A stretch of DNA of 32,643 bases from Actinobacteria bacterium UBA7524 (lineage in GTDB: Bacteria; Actinomycetota; Coriobacteriia; Anaerosomatales; UBA912). Location of the stretch: positions 1 to 32,643 of the forward strand of contig DLMY01000034.1 of NCBI GenBank assembly GCA_002478275.1, read 5' to 3'. Of this stretch, positions 7,698-17,402 are shown in pieces. Under the pieces are notes generated by a model. The model was given only the letters and a program-made list of their open reading frames with translations, did not search any database and had not been told where the DNA came from. The position numbers were made by a program, and so were the translations under genes. Each line of letters starts with the position of its first letter. The stretch's first letter is position 1.

Positions 7698-10166
7698 ATG
7701 CGTGTTTCGATGAAGTGGCTGCAAGAGTTGACGGACGTCAGCGTTACCGTCCCGGAGCTTGTCGACAGGCTCGATATGACGGGGACGGCCGTCGAGGCCG
7801 TGCACACGTTGGGCGAGGGTCTTGAGGGCGTGGTCGTCGGACAGGTGGTCTCGAAGGAGGCTCACCCCGAAGCCGACAAGCTGTGGGTCACCAAAGTCGA
7901 CGTCGGTGATGGGGAGCCGCTTCAGATCGTCTGCGGCGCCCAGAATTTCGAGGCCGGTGACAAGGTCCCTGTCGCGTTGGTGGGTACGACGCTGCCCGGC
8001 GGGCTGACGATCAAGAAGGCGAAGCTTCGGGGCGTGGAGAGCTTCGGGATGAACTGCTCGGCGGCCGAACTGGGTGCCGGTTCCGATCATCAGGGGCTGC
8101 AGATCCTTCCTCAGGACGCGCCTGTGGGCATGGCGTACGCCGAGTACGCCGGATCGAGCGACACGGTGCTTGAGCTTGAGATAACACCGAACCGTCCCGA
8201 TTGCCTGTCGATGTCAGGGGTGGCCAGAGAGGTCGCCGCCGTCTTGGGGACCACTTACGAGCTGCCGGGTGGCGCTCCGGCCGAAGCGGGCGAACCCGCC
8301 GACGCTCTGGCCATGGTCGAGATAGAAGACGCGACGCTTTGCCCCCGGTACACGGCACGCCTGATCCGAGGAGTGCGGATCGGCCCTTCGCCCGACTGGC
8401 TGGCCGAGCGGGTCACGGCCGCGGGCGCGCGCTCGATCAACAACGTCGTGGACATCACGAACTTCGTCATGTTCGAGATGGGGCAGCCGCTCCATGCGTT
8501 CGACGCAAGCACGCTCGCTACGACCGATGGCCGGGCGCATATCATCGTGCGTACCGCCCGGGAGGGCGAGAAGCTCACCACGCTGGACGGGATGGAGCGC
8601 CCGCTCGCCTCCGATACCCTGTTGATCTGCGATCCTGACGGACCGGTCGCATTGGCCGGCGTGATGGGTGGAGAGCATACCGAGGTCTCCGAGAAGACCG
8701 TCGACATCCTGCTGGAGTCCGCGGCGTTTCACCCGGCCTCGGTGTCGCGCACGAGCAGGTCGCTCTCGCTCATCTCAGAGGCGTCCACTCGATTCGAGCG
8801 GGGGGTCGACCCCAACGGCTGCGTAGCAGCGGCCGACCGTGCAGCCCAGCTGATGGCGGACCTGTGCGACGGAACCGTGGCACCCGGAGTCATCGACGTG
8901 TACCCGACGCCTGTCGAACCCGTGCGACTGACGCTGCGCCTCGCCACGATAGCCAAGGTCCTTGGCGTCGAGATCGCTCCTGACGAAGCTGCAGGCATAC
9001 TCGAACGTCTGGGCATGACGGTCGAGAACGCCGCAGCCGTTCTCGAGGTGAGCGTGCCGACGTACCGGCCCGACATCACCAGAGAGATCGATCTGGTCGA
9101 GGAGGTCTTGAGAGTCTGGGGCATGGAACGGGTCGCCTCGACCCTGCCCGGCGGACGTCAGCGCATCGGAGGACTCGACAGCTCACAACGTTGGCGAGAG
9201 CGTATAGGCGCCGCGATGAGGGCGTGTGGCCTGAACGAGACGATGACGTACGCATTCGGTGACGCAGCCGATATCGAGCGCCTGGGGATGGAGTTCGCAC
9301 CCGGAGAGGCGCTGGTGGAGTTGCTCGATCCGATGTCGACGGAGCAGTCCGTGCTGAGACGTACGTTGTTGCCCGGACTGCTGCGATCCGTGTCGTACAA
9401 CCAGCGGCGCGGTGTGCGCGACATCCATCTCTACGAGATGGGCACGGCGTTCGTCACCGGTGAGGGACGCAAGATGCCCAAGGAGCGCAAGATGTTGTGC
9501 GGCGTTCTGGCCGGGCGCTGGTATCCGGCTGCGTGGCATGACGCCGAGGGCGCCGGCAGACACGGAGCGAACGGATCGAGCGATGCGCTGCGTGGCCCCG
9601 AGATCAACTTCTTCGACGGCAAGGGCGTCATCGAGGCGCTCGTCGTCGAGGTCGGAGCGAGCCGCTTCAAGGTCAGGGATGCCGACATCGCGTGGCTTCA
9701 GCCTGGTCGGCGTGCGGAGGTGTTGCTCGGAGGTGACGTCGTCGGGTGGCTCGGCGAGGTACACCCCCGGGTTCTCGGCGCGTTCGATGCCGATCCGTCG
9801 GTGGTCGCATTCGAGCTCGCGGTCGATGCCCTCGTGCGCGCGGCGACGCCCGTGCGCCCGTACGTGGATGTCCCGAGGTATCCTGCCGTGGAATTCGATG
9901 TGGCGCTCGTGGTGGAAGAGGCCGTCACAGTGGAGCGCGTGCTCGACGCCGTGCGTTCAGCCGGGGGTAAGTTGCTCGATGACGTGCGGCTGTTCGACGT
10001 GTACAGGGGAACGGGTGTGGCTGAGGGCCGCAAGAGCCTGGCGTTCGCTCTGACGTACCGGGCGCCGGACCGAACGCTGACCGACGAAGAGGTCCGTCCG
10101 CAACACGAGCGGTTGCTGCGCAAGGTGGCTTCCGCTGTCGGTGCTGAGCTGCGCGGGGCAGAATAG
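7698..10166 (+). CDS. pheT: Phenylalanine--tRNA ligase beta subunit
   Basis: HPEADKL, IVCGAQN, TPNRPDCLS, NNVVDITN, GQPLHAFD, RFERGVD and a C-terminal FDX-ACB domain. Confidence 0.98.
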   Translation: MRVSMKWLQELTDVSVTVPELVDRLDMTGTAVEAVHTLGEGLEGVVVGQVVSKEAHPEADKLWVTKVDVGDGEPLQIVCGAQNFEAGDKVPVALVGTTLPGGLTIKKAKLRGVESFGMNCSAAELGAGSDHQGLQILPQDAPVGMAYAEYAGSSDTVLELEITPNRPDCLSMSGVAREVAAVLGTTYELPGGAPAEAGEPADALAMVEIEDATLCPRYTARLIRGVRIGPSPDWLAERVTAAGARSINNVVDITNFVMFEMGQPLHAFDASTLATTDGRAHIIVRTAREGEKLTTLDGMERPLASDTLLICDPDGPVALAGVMGGEHTEVSEKTVDILLESAAFHPASVSRTSRSLSLISEASTRFERGVDPNGCVAAADRAAQLMADLCDGTVAPGVIDVYPTPVEPVRLTLRLATIAKVLGVEIAPDEAAGILERLGMTVENAAAVLEVSVPTYRPDITREIDLVEEVLRVWGMERVASTLPGGRQRIGGLDSSQRWRERIGAAMRACGLNETMTYAFGDAADIERLGMEFAPGEALVELLDPMSTEQSVLRRTLLPGLLRSVSYNQRRGVRDIHLYEMGTAFVTGEGRKMPKERKMLCGVLAGRWYPAAWHDAEGAGRHGANGSSDALRGPEINFFDGKGVIEALVVEVGASRFKVRDADIAWLQPGRRAEVLLGGDVVGWLGEVHPRVLGAFDADPSVVAFELAVDALVRAATPVRPYVDVPRYPAVEFDVALVVEEAVTVERVLDAVRSAGGKLLDDVRLFDVYRGTGVAEGRKSLAFALTYRAPDRTLTDEEVRPQHERLLRKVASAVGAELRGAE

Positions 10167-10186
10167 GATGCTCTAGCGCATATATC

Positions 10187-10215
10187 TTGACTGATATTCA
10201 CTAATATCGTATAGT
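10187..10215 (+). promoter_or_regulatory. arg operon promoter with palindromic AT-rich spacer (probable ArgR operator region)
   Basis: TTGACT-N17-TATAGT. The spacer holds GATATT-cact-AATATC and an ATTCA ARG-box half-site. Confidence 0.75.
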
Positions 10216-10250
10216 CACTCCACCTTTTCGACTGATGGAGGTCTTTCGTC

Positions 10251-11288
10251 ATGGTGGATGTGGCTATCGTCGGGGCACCCGGGTATGCAGGAGTCGAGCT
10301 GACACGGCTCGTGTCCGCGCACCCCGAGATGCGGCTTGTCCTGGTCACGTCCGATTCCGAGGCGGGCAAGGCCGTTGCCGACGTGTATCCGGCACTGACC
10401 GGATACACGGACCTTCACTACGAGCCGCTGGACATCGCGCGGATCGAATCATCTGCCGAGCTGGTGTTTCTCGCGGTCCCACATACCGCATCCCTCGCGA
10501 TCACTCCCCGGTTGCGCAAGGCCGGCCTCCGTGTGGTCGACGCCTCTGCCGACTACCGGCTCAAGGACAAGGACGCTTACGAGACCTGGTACGGTGTCGA
10601 GCACACGAGCTTCGAGCTTGCGATCGAAGCGGTCTACGGACTGCCCGAGCTCGACCGGTCCGCTTTGCCGGGAGCGATGCTGATCGCATGCCCGGGCTGT
10701 TACCCGACAGCGTCACTACTGGCTGCGATACCCGCGCTCGAGGCCGGCATCGTCGCGCCGGGGCCCATCGTGGTCGACGCGAAATCCGGCGTTTCAGGTG
10801 CCGGGCGCACGCCCGGACCTGCGACCCATCACCCGGCCGTCAACGAGTCGTTTGCCGCATACAAGGTCTCGACGCACCGGCATACGCCCGAGATCGAGCA
10901 GGGGATGTCGCTGGCAGCAGGACGCGAGGTCAAGGTCGCGTTCGCCCCGCATCTGGTCCCGATGACCCGGGGACTGGAATCCACCGTCTACCTTCCGCTC
11001 GCCAGGATGCTCGATCCTGCCGGGGCCGTCGCGCTCTACCGGGAGCGCTATGCCGGCGAGCCGTTCATCAGTGTGCATGAGCCCGGCCGCATGCCGGCCA
11101 CGTCCGAGGTACGGGGCGGCAATCGCGCGCACATCGGAGTCGCGGTGGATCCGGCGGGTCTGCTGGTCGTCTCGTGTGTGATCGACAACCTGATCAAGGG
11201 TACGTCCGGCCAGGCGGTCCAGTGCGCGAACATCGCACTCGGGCTCGATGAGACCGCAGGGCTCTCGTACCCGCCACCCGTGATCTGA
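10251..11288 (+). CDS. argC: N-acetyl-gamma-glutamyl-phosphate reductase
   Basis: GAPGYAG, AVYGLPE, IACPGCYPT, SGVSGAGR, HRHTPEI, DNLIKG. Confidence 0.97.
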   Translation: MVDVAIVGAPGYAGVELTRLVSAHPEMRLVLVTSDSEAGKAVADVYPALTGYTDLHYEPLDIARIESSAELVFLAVPHTASLAITPRLRKAGLRVVDASADYRLKDKDAYETWYGVEHTSFELAIEAVYGLPELDRSALPGAMLIACPGCYPTASLLAAIPALEAGIVAPGPIVVDAKSGVSGAGRTPGPATHHPAVNESFAAYKVSTHRHTPEIEQGMSLAAGREVKVAFAPHLVPMTRGLESTVYLPLARMLDPAGAVALYRERYAGEPFISVHEPGRMPATSEVRGGNRAHIGVAVDPAGLLVVSCVIDNLIKGTSGQAVQCANIALGLDETAGLSYPPPVI

Positions 11289-11312
11289 TCCGTGCGCCGA
11301 GGAGACCTGACG

Positions 11313-12578
11313 ATGCCCAACGATGACAACCACAGCGACCACACACAGGTAGAAGGCGGGGTGACCGCTCCAGCGGGCTTTGTCGCCGCCGGCGTCGCAG
11401 CCGGCATCAAGCGTGCCGGGAAGCTCGACGTCGCGCTTCTCGCTGCCGACAAGCCGGTACCCGCAGCAGCGGTCTTCACGAGGAGCTCGACCGCGGCCGC
11501 TCCAGTGCTGCTCTCTCGCGAGCACGTCGCGTCAGGCTATATCCAGGCCGTGGTGACGAACGCGGGCAATGCAAACGCCTGTACCGGCGAATCCGGCTAC
11601 AAGGATGCAAAGGCGATGGCCGAACTCACCGCCGTCAGACTGTGCTGTGACCCGACGGACGTGGTTGTCGCCTCCACCGGCGCCNNNNNNNNNNNNNNNN
11701 NNNNNNNNNNNNNNNNNNNNNNNNNNNNNNNNNNNNNNNNNNNNNNNNNNNNNNNNNNNNNNNNNNNNNNNNNNNNNNNNNNNNNNNNNNNNNNNNNNNN
11801 NNNNNNNNNNNNNNNNNNNNNNNNNNNNNNNNNNNNNNNNNNNNNNNNNNNNNNNNNNNNNNNNNNNNNNNNNNNNNNNNNNNNNNNNNNNNNNATGGCC
11901 AAGGGCAGCGGCATGATCGAACCGAACATGGCTACCATGCTCGGTTATCTGACAACCGACGCCGCCTTGACGCCTTCGGCCTGCCACGCGGCACTTGCCC
12001 AGGCGGTCCGCACTACATTCAACAGGATCACCGTCGACGGAGACACCTCCACGAACGACATGGTGGTTCTCATGGCATCGGGTGCGGCAGGTGGACCCGA
12101 GGTCGACGAGGACCACCCGGCGTTCGCTCCCGTCGTCGATGCGCTTACCGAGCTATGCGGCACACTGGCGCGCATGATCGTGCGCGACGGTGAGGGCGCC
12201 ACGCGCTTCATCACCATCACCGTCCGAGGAGCCCTCGACGATGCTGACGCCGAGAAGGCGGCGCGTTCGATCGCGAACTCACCGCTGTTCAAGACCGCCA
12301 TCTTCGGTGGAGACGCGAACTGGGGCCGGGTGGCGATGGCGTTAGGCAAGTCCGGTGCGCGTCTGGAGGCCGACAAGATCGAGATCGTGTTCGCGGGTAT
12401 CACGACATGTCTGAACGGCACCGCCGTCGAGTTCTCCGAGACACAGGCTGCCGAGGCGCTCTCCCGGCCAGAAGTGGACATTCTCGTCGACCTTCACCTG
12501 GGCGAGGCCGCCGCAACCGTATGGACATGCGATCTGTCATACGAGTACGTGCGCATCAACGGTGAGTATCGCAGCTAG
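11313..12578 (+). CDS. argJ: Ornithine acetyltransferase / N-acetylglutamate synthase ArgJ (spans N gap 11685-11894)
   Basis: NAGNANA, KGSGMIEPNMATML, VDGDTSTND, DGEGAT, DANWGR, CDLSYEYVRINGEYRS. Confidence 0.96.
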   Translation: MPNDDNHSDHTQVEGGVTAPAGFVAAGVAAGIKRAGKLDVALLAADKPVPAAAVFTRSSTAAAPVLLSREHVASGYIQAVVTNAGNANACTGESGYKDAKAMAELTAVRLCCDPTDVVVASTGAXXXXXXXXXXXXXXXXXXXXXXXXXXXXXXXXXXXXXXXXXXXXXXXXXXXXXXXXXXXXXXXXXXXXXXMAKGSGMIEPNMATMLGYLTTDAALTPSACHAALAQAVRTTFNRITVDGDTSTNDMVVLMASGAAGGPEVDEDHPAFAPVVDALTELCGTLARMIVRDGEGATRFITITVRGALDDADAEKAARSIANSPLFKTAIFGGDANWGRVAMALGKSGARLEADKIEIVFAGITTCLNGTAVEFSETQAAEALSRPEVDILVDLHLGEAAATVWTCDLSYEYVRINGEYRS

Positions 12579-12592
12579 AGAGGAACCACGAC

Positions 12593-13477
12593 GTGACCGA
12601 CTTTCACATGAAGGCCGAGACTCTGACCGAGGCGTTGCCCTGGATCAAGCGGACCTGGGGTCGCACGGTGGTCATCAAGTACGGCGGATCAGCCATGACC
12701 GACCCGGTACTCCGCGAGCACGTGGCCAGCGACATCGTGCTGATGAAGCTCGTAGGCATCAACCCGGTGATCGTACACGGTGGTGGACCCGAGATCACCT
12801 CTTTCATGCAGCGCCTCGACATGGAGGTCAAGTTCCATGAAGGGTTGAGGGTGACCACGCCCGAGGCGATGGACGTGGTCAAGATGGTGCTTGTCGGCAA
12901 GGTCAACAAGGAGCTCGTGGCGGAGATCAACACGCACGGCAGTCTTGCAGTGGGTCTTGCGGGCGATGACGCTAACCTCATCCGGGCCACCCAGCGCTCA
13001 AAGGAGCTCGGGCGAGTCGGAGACGTCACCGACATCGACATCACGGTGGTCACGAACCTGATAGCCGACGGGTTCATCCCGGTCATCGCGACAGTCGCGG
13101 TGGGGGACGACGGCGGGTCGTTCAACATCAACGCCGACCATGTGGCCGGCCGCATCGCCGATGAGCTCGACGCCGACAAGGTCATCTTCCTCACCGACGT
13201 CGACGGCCTGTATGCCGACTTCGACGACAAGCACTCGCTCATCAGCTCGCTCTCCATCGAGCAGGCCGAAGATATGATCGCCTACGACAAACTCGCCGGT
13301 GGCATGGTCCCCAAGGTCGCTGCGTGCGTGCACGCCCTGCGTGGCGGCGTACGCCGGGCACACATCCTCAACGGCACCGTGCCGCATGCCCTGCTGCTCG
13401 AGGTCTACACAGAAGAGGGCGTGGGCACCATGATCACACCCGCCGAGGAACCATGGCTCGCAGAAGAGGTGATGTGA
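12593..13477 (+). CDS. argB: Acetylglutamate kinase
   Basis: VIKYGGSAM, VHGGGPEI, GLRVT, NINAD, LTDVDG, GGMVPK. Confidence 0.97.
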   Translation: MTDFHMKAETLTEALPWIKRTWGRTVVIKYGGSAMTDPVLREHVASDIVLMKLVGINPVIVHGGGPEITSFMQRLDMEVKFHEGLRVTTPEAMDVVKMVLVGKVNKELVAEINTHGSLAVGLAGDDANLIRATQRSKELGRVGDVTDIDITVVTNLIADGFIPVIATVAVGDDGGSFNINADHVAGRIADELDADKVIFLTDVDGLYADFDDKHSLISSLSIEQAEDMIAYDKLAGGMVPKVAACVHALRGGVRRAHILNGTVPHALLLEVYTEEGVGTMITPAEEPWLAEEVM

Positions 13478-13482
13478 AGCTG

Positions 13483-14691
13483 ATGGGTACTTCGTACCAG
13501 CGGATAGCAGCCCTCGATGCAGCGGTGCATATGCGCACGTTCGCGCGCAAACCCGTGCTGTTCGTGCGTGGCGAGGGTATGTGCCTCTACGACGATGACG
13601 GGCGCGAGTACCTGGACTTCATGAGCGGGATCGGGGTGGTCAACCTCGGTCACAGCCATCCGGCGGTGGTCGATGCCATCGCGCAGCAGGCTGCGAAGCT
13701 GACGCACGTCACCAACCTGTACCACGTCGAACACCGCGCCGATCTGGCAGCGGACCTGGTCGGCATGTTCGGAGCGGAAGCGAGAGTGTTCTTCGCGAAC
13801 TCGGGCGCCGAGGCCATCGAAGGCGCGATCAAGCTCGCGCGCAAGTGGGCCACCGCGAACAAGGGTCCCGAGGCGCGCACCATCGTCACGGCCTGGCGTT
13901 CGTTCCACGGGCGTACGCTTGCCGCGCTCGCAGCGACCGGCCAGCCGTCCAAGCAGGAGGCCTTCGAGCCGTTGCCGGGCGGATTCGTGCACATCGACAT
14001 GAATGACATCGATGCCCTTGACGCTGCGTTGGACGAAAGCGTCTGTGCGCTGCTGCTCGAGCCGGTCCAGGGCGAGGGCGGCGTGTACCCGTGCACGTAC
14101 GAGTACCTTCAGACGGCTCGGCGCTTGTGCGACGAGCGAGGCATACTGCTTGTCTTCGACGAGGTCCAGTGCGGACTCTACCGTGCCGGTCACGCGTTCG
14201 CGCACCAGGCTGCCGGCATAAGGCCCGATGTCATGACGCTCGCAAAGGCGCTCGCGAACGGGTTGCCCGCCGCGGCGATCGTCGCCGTTCCGGCGGTGGC
14301 CGACGCTTTCGCTCCCGGCGATCACGGCTCGACGTTCGGGGGTGGACCCGTCGTGTGTGCCGCGGCGCGTGCGACGCTTCGCGAGCTGGCGGCGATGGAT
14401 GCAGGCGCCAGGGCACTCGAGATCGGCGAGCATCTGTCCCGGGGTCTTGCCGAGATCGCCGAGAACTCCTCGGCGATCGTGGAGGTACGCGGCGCTGGCG
14501 CGATGGTGGCCGCAGAGCTCGCGCGGCCGGTGGCCGCCGCCGTGGTCGATGCGGCTCTCTCGCGAGGGCTCGTGCTGAACAACACCTCAGCGAGTACGCT
14601 GCGATTCTTGCCCCCATTAGTGTGCACGAGGGCGGACATTGATACACTTTTGGAGCAGGTGCATACACTTCTTGATAAGGACGTGTTGTGA
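13483..14691 (+). CDS. argD: Acetylornithine aminotransferase
   Basis: NSGAEA, SFHGRT, EPVQGEGG, FDEVQ, TLAKALANG, HGSTFGG. Start is ATG13483 or GTG13474. Confidence 0.95.
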   Translation: MGTSYQRIAALDAAVHMRTFARKPVLFVRGEGMCLYDDDGREYLDFMSGIGVVNLGHSHPAVVDAIAQQAAKLTHVTNLYHVEHRADLAADLVGMFGAEARVFFANSGAEAIEGAIKLARKWATANKGPEARTIVTAWRSFHGRTLAALAATGQPSKQEAFEPLPGGFVHIDMNDIDALDAALDESVCALLLEPVQGEGGVYPCTYEYLQTARRLCDERGILLVFDEVQCGLYRAGHAFAHQAAGIRPDVMTLAKALANGLPAAAIVAVPAVADAFAPGDHGSTFGGGPVVCAAARATLRELAAMDAGARALEIGEHLSRGLAEIAENSSAIVEVRGAGAMVAAELARPVAAAVVDAALSRGLVLNNTSASTLRFLPPLVCTRADIDTLLEQVHTLLDKDVL

Positions 14692-15626
14692 TGGCCGACG
14701 GGCTTCGGGGGCGCGACCTCCTGACCATGATCGATCTGACTCCGGGTGAGCTCGCGGTTGTGATCGACACCGCCAAGCGCCAGAAGGGCGAGTGGTCGGC
14801 TGGCCTGCGCGCACACCTTCATGACGATCGCTCAGTTGCGCTCATCTTCATGAAGCCCTCGCTGCGCACGCGCGTGTCGTTCGAGGTGGCCTGCCACAGA
14901 CTCGGCGCTCACCCGGTGGTCCTTGGCGGCGGCGACACGGTCTTCTCGCGGGGAGAGACGGTCTACGATTCGGTCAGGGTCCTCGAGCGTTACGTGGACT
15001 GCATATGCATCAGGGCGTTCGAACATGCACTTGTCGAGGAGATCGCACAGATCGCGAGCGTCCCGGTGATCAACATGCTCACCGATGACCACCATCCCTG
15101 TCAGGGACTTGCCGACCTGCTCACCATCGAGGAGCGCTTCGGCCGGCTTGAAGGCGTCAAGCTCGCATATGTCGGCGACGGCAACAACATGGCGCACACG
15201 TACCTGCAAGGAGGCGCGCTCGCATCCATGCACGTCGCCGTTGCGACGCCGCCGGGTTACGAACCCCTTCCTGCGGTAGTCGATGAGGCCCTTGCGGTAG
15301 CCGGTCAGACGGGCGCCCGGCTCACACTCACGCATGACCCGGCAGAGGCGGTAGCCGACGCCGACGTCATCGTCACCGACACGTGGGCATCGATGGGTCA
15401 GGAGCAGGAGCACGCGAAGCGTCTGCAAGACTTCGACGCATATCGCGTGGACGCGGCGATGATGGCCGCTGCCAAAGCAGACACGGTGTTCATGCACTGT
15501 CTGCCAGCGCATCGTGGCGAAGAAGTCACCGACGAGGTGATCGATTCGCCCAACTCGCTGGTGTTCGACGAGGCCGAGAACAGACTGCACGCCCAAAAGG
15601 CGCTGCTATCGCTGCTTCTGGGCTGA
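14691..15626 (+). CDS. argF: Ornithine carbamoyltransferase
   Basis: KPSLRT, HPCQ, GDGNN, DTWASMG, HCLPAHRGEE, AENRLH. Confidence 0.96.
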   Translation: MADGLRGRDLLTMIDLTPGELAVVIDTAKRQKGEWSAGLRAHLHDDRSVALIFMKPSLRTRVSFEVACHRLGAHPVVLGGGDTVFSRGETVYDSVRVLERYVDCICIRAFEHALVEEIAQIASVPVINMLTDDHHPCQGLADLLTIEERFGRLEGVKLAYVGDGNNMAHTYLQGGALASMHVAVATPPGYEPLPAVVDEALAVAGQTGARLTLTHDPAEAVADADVIVTDTWASMGQEQEHAKRLQDFDAYRVDAAMMAAAKADTVFMHCLPAHRGEEVTDEVIDSPNSLVFDEAENRLHAQKALLSLLLG

Positions 15627-15666
15627 ACGGTCAGGGATCGATCCTCCCGCGAGAAAGGTGACTGTC

Positions 15667-16095
15667 ATGAGGAAGCGGCGTCAGCGTCAGGAGGCCATTC
15701 GTGTGGTCGTGCGCGAGCAGCGCATACGCACGCAGCGGGACCTGGTGGACAGGCTCAAGGCCGCCGGCTTCGTTTGCACCCAGGCCACAGTGTCGCGTGA
15801 CATCACGGAGATGGGGCTCAAGAAGCTGCCCGAAGGGGTGTACGTCCTCGCCGAGGACCTGCATCTGCAGCGCATGATCGCGGAGCTGGTGACCGAGGTC
15901 GTCCACACCAACAACCTGGTGCTCATCAAGGCGTCGCCGGGTACCGCACAGGGCGTGGCCGCGGCGATGGACGCTGCGGACATCGAGGGTATCCTCGGCA
16001 GTATCGCGGGTGATGACACGATCCTCGTCATCACCATCGACGAAGATGCAGCGAAGCGCATCCAAGACCAGGTCAACAAGTTCCGGGGCGCGTAG
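15667..16095 (+). CDS. argR: Arginine repressor
   Basis: TQATVSRDI wHTH motif and GSIAGDDT arginine-binding motif. Confidence 0.96.
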   Translation: MRKRRQRQEAIRVVVREQRIRTQRDLVDRLKAAGFVCTQATVSRDITEMGLKKLPEGVYVLAEDLHLQRMIAELVTEVVHTNNLVLIKASPGTAQGVAAAMDAADIEGILGSIAGDDTILVITIDEDAAKRIQDQVNKFRGA

Positions 16096-16171
16096 GACAG
16101 GCGAGGTCCCGGGGCACTGCAAGGGATCGAGTGGGCGGACGAAGCCCCAGAAGGAAGGATACGAGGGAGAC

Positions 16172-17398
16172 ATGGCACGGGAGAAGTGTGTGTTGGCATA
16201 CTCCGGCGGGCTGGACACGTCGGTCGCGATCAAGTGGATCCAGGAGAACCACGACATGGACGTCATCGCGCTGGCGATCGACGTGGGTCAGGAGCGTCAG
16301 GACCTGGAGTTCGTACGTCAGAAGGCACTCGATATCGGGGCCGTCGAGTCCATGGTCAAAGACGTGCGTGAGGAGTACGTCAACGAGTACCTGAGCCGTG
16401 CGCTGGCCGCCAACGCTCTGTACGAGAACAAGTACCCGCTCGTGAGCGCGCTGTCCCGTCCGATCATCGTCAAGCATCTGGTCGAGGAAGCACACGCTCA
16501 CCAGGCGCGCTTCATCGGTCATGGGTGTACCGGTAAGGGTAACGACCAGGTGCGCTTCGAGGTCGGTATCGCCGCTCTCGACCCGGACCTTCAGATCGTG
16601 GCGCCGGTACGTGAATGGGAGCTCAAGACCCGCGAGCAGGAGATGGTCTACGCGACCGAGCGCGGGATCCCGGTGCCGACCACCAAGGCGAGCCCGTATT
16701 CGATCGATGACAACCTGTGGGGCCGCGCGATCGAGTGCGGCATGCTCGAGGACCCGTGGGTCGAGCCCCCTGCGGACATCTACACACTCACGGCCGACTC
16801 GCGGGGCGACACGTGCGACGAGCCGGAGTACGTGGAGATCAGTTTCGAGCAGGGCGTGCCCGTGGCGCTCGACGGGCAGCACGCCACGTTCCACCAGATC
16901 ATCGACCGCATGAACGAGGTGGCGGGCAAGCACGGCTTCGGCCGGATAGACATGATCGAGAACCGCCTGATCGGTGTGAAGAGCCGCGAGATCTACGAGG
17001 TGCCTGGCGCACTCACCCTCATCACCGCCCATAAGGCCCTCGAGGATCTCTGCCTTGAGCGAGAGGTGCTCCACTACAAGCTCGGCGTCGAGCAGAAGTG
17101 GGCCGAGCTCGTGTACAACGGTATGTGGTTCTCGCCCCTCAAGGAGGCGCTCGACGGCTTCATCGAGACGACGCAGCAGTTGGTCACGGGGGACGTCCGT
17201 CTGAGGTTCTTCAAGGGCAGCTGTGTCACTGTCGGTCGCCGCTCGCCGTATTCGCTCTACGACTACGACCTGGCCACCTACGACGAGTCCGACAGCTTCG
17301 ACCACACGGCCGCCAAAGGCTTCATCGACCTGCACGGGCTTCCCGTCAAGGTCTGGGCGCGACAGCGGCGCAAGGTCGGTAAGGAAGGCGAGGTCTAG
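16172..17398 (+). CDS. argG: Argininosuccinate synthase
   Basis: LAYSGGLDTS, HGCTGKGNDQVRFE, YSIDDNLWG, ENRLIGVKSRE. Confidence 0.98.
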   Translation: MAREKCVLAYSGGLDTSVAIKWIQENHDMDVIALAIDVGQERQDLEFVRQKALDIGAVESMVKDVREEYVNEYLSRALAANALYENKYPLVSALSRPIIVKHLVEEAHAHQARFIGHGCTGKGNDQVRFEVGIAALDPDLQIVAPVREWELKTREQEMVYATERGIPVPTTKASPYSIDDNLWGRAIECGMLEDPWVEPPADIYTLTADSRGDTCDEPEYVEISFEQGVPVALDGQHATFHQIIDRMNEVAGKHGFGRIDMIENRLIGVKSREIYEVPGALTLITAHKALEDLCLEREVLHYKLGVEQKWAELVYNGMWFSPLKEALDGFIETTQQLVTGDVRLRFFKGSCVTVGRRSPYSLYDYDLATYDESDSFDHTAAKGFIDLHGLPVKVWARQRRKVGKEGEV

Positions 17399-17402
17399 AG
17401 CT

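Noticed and set aside
14840..14880. ArgF SLRT motif as a sign of N-acetyl/succinyl-ornithine transcarbamylase
   Set aside because: The DxxxSMG loop and HCLPAHRGEE are canonical OTCase, and argJ supplies ornithine.
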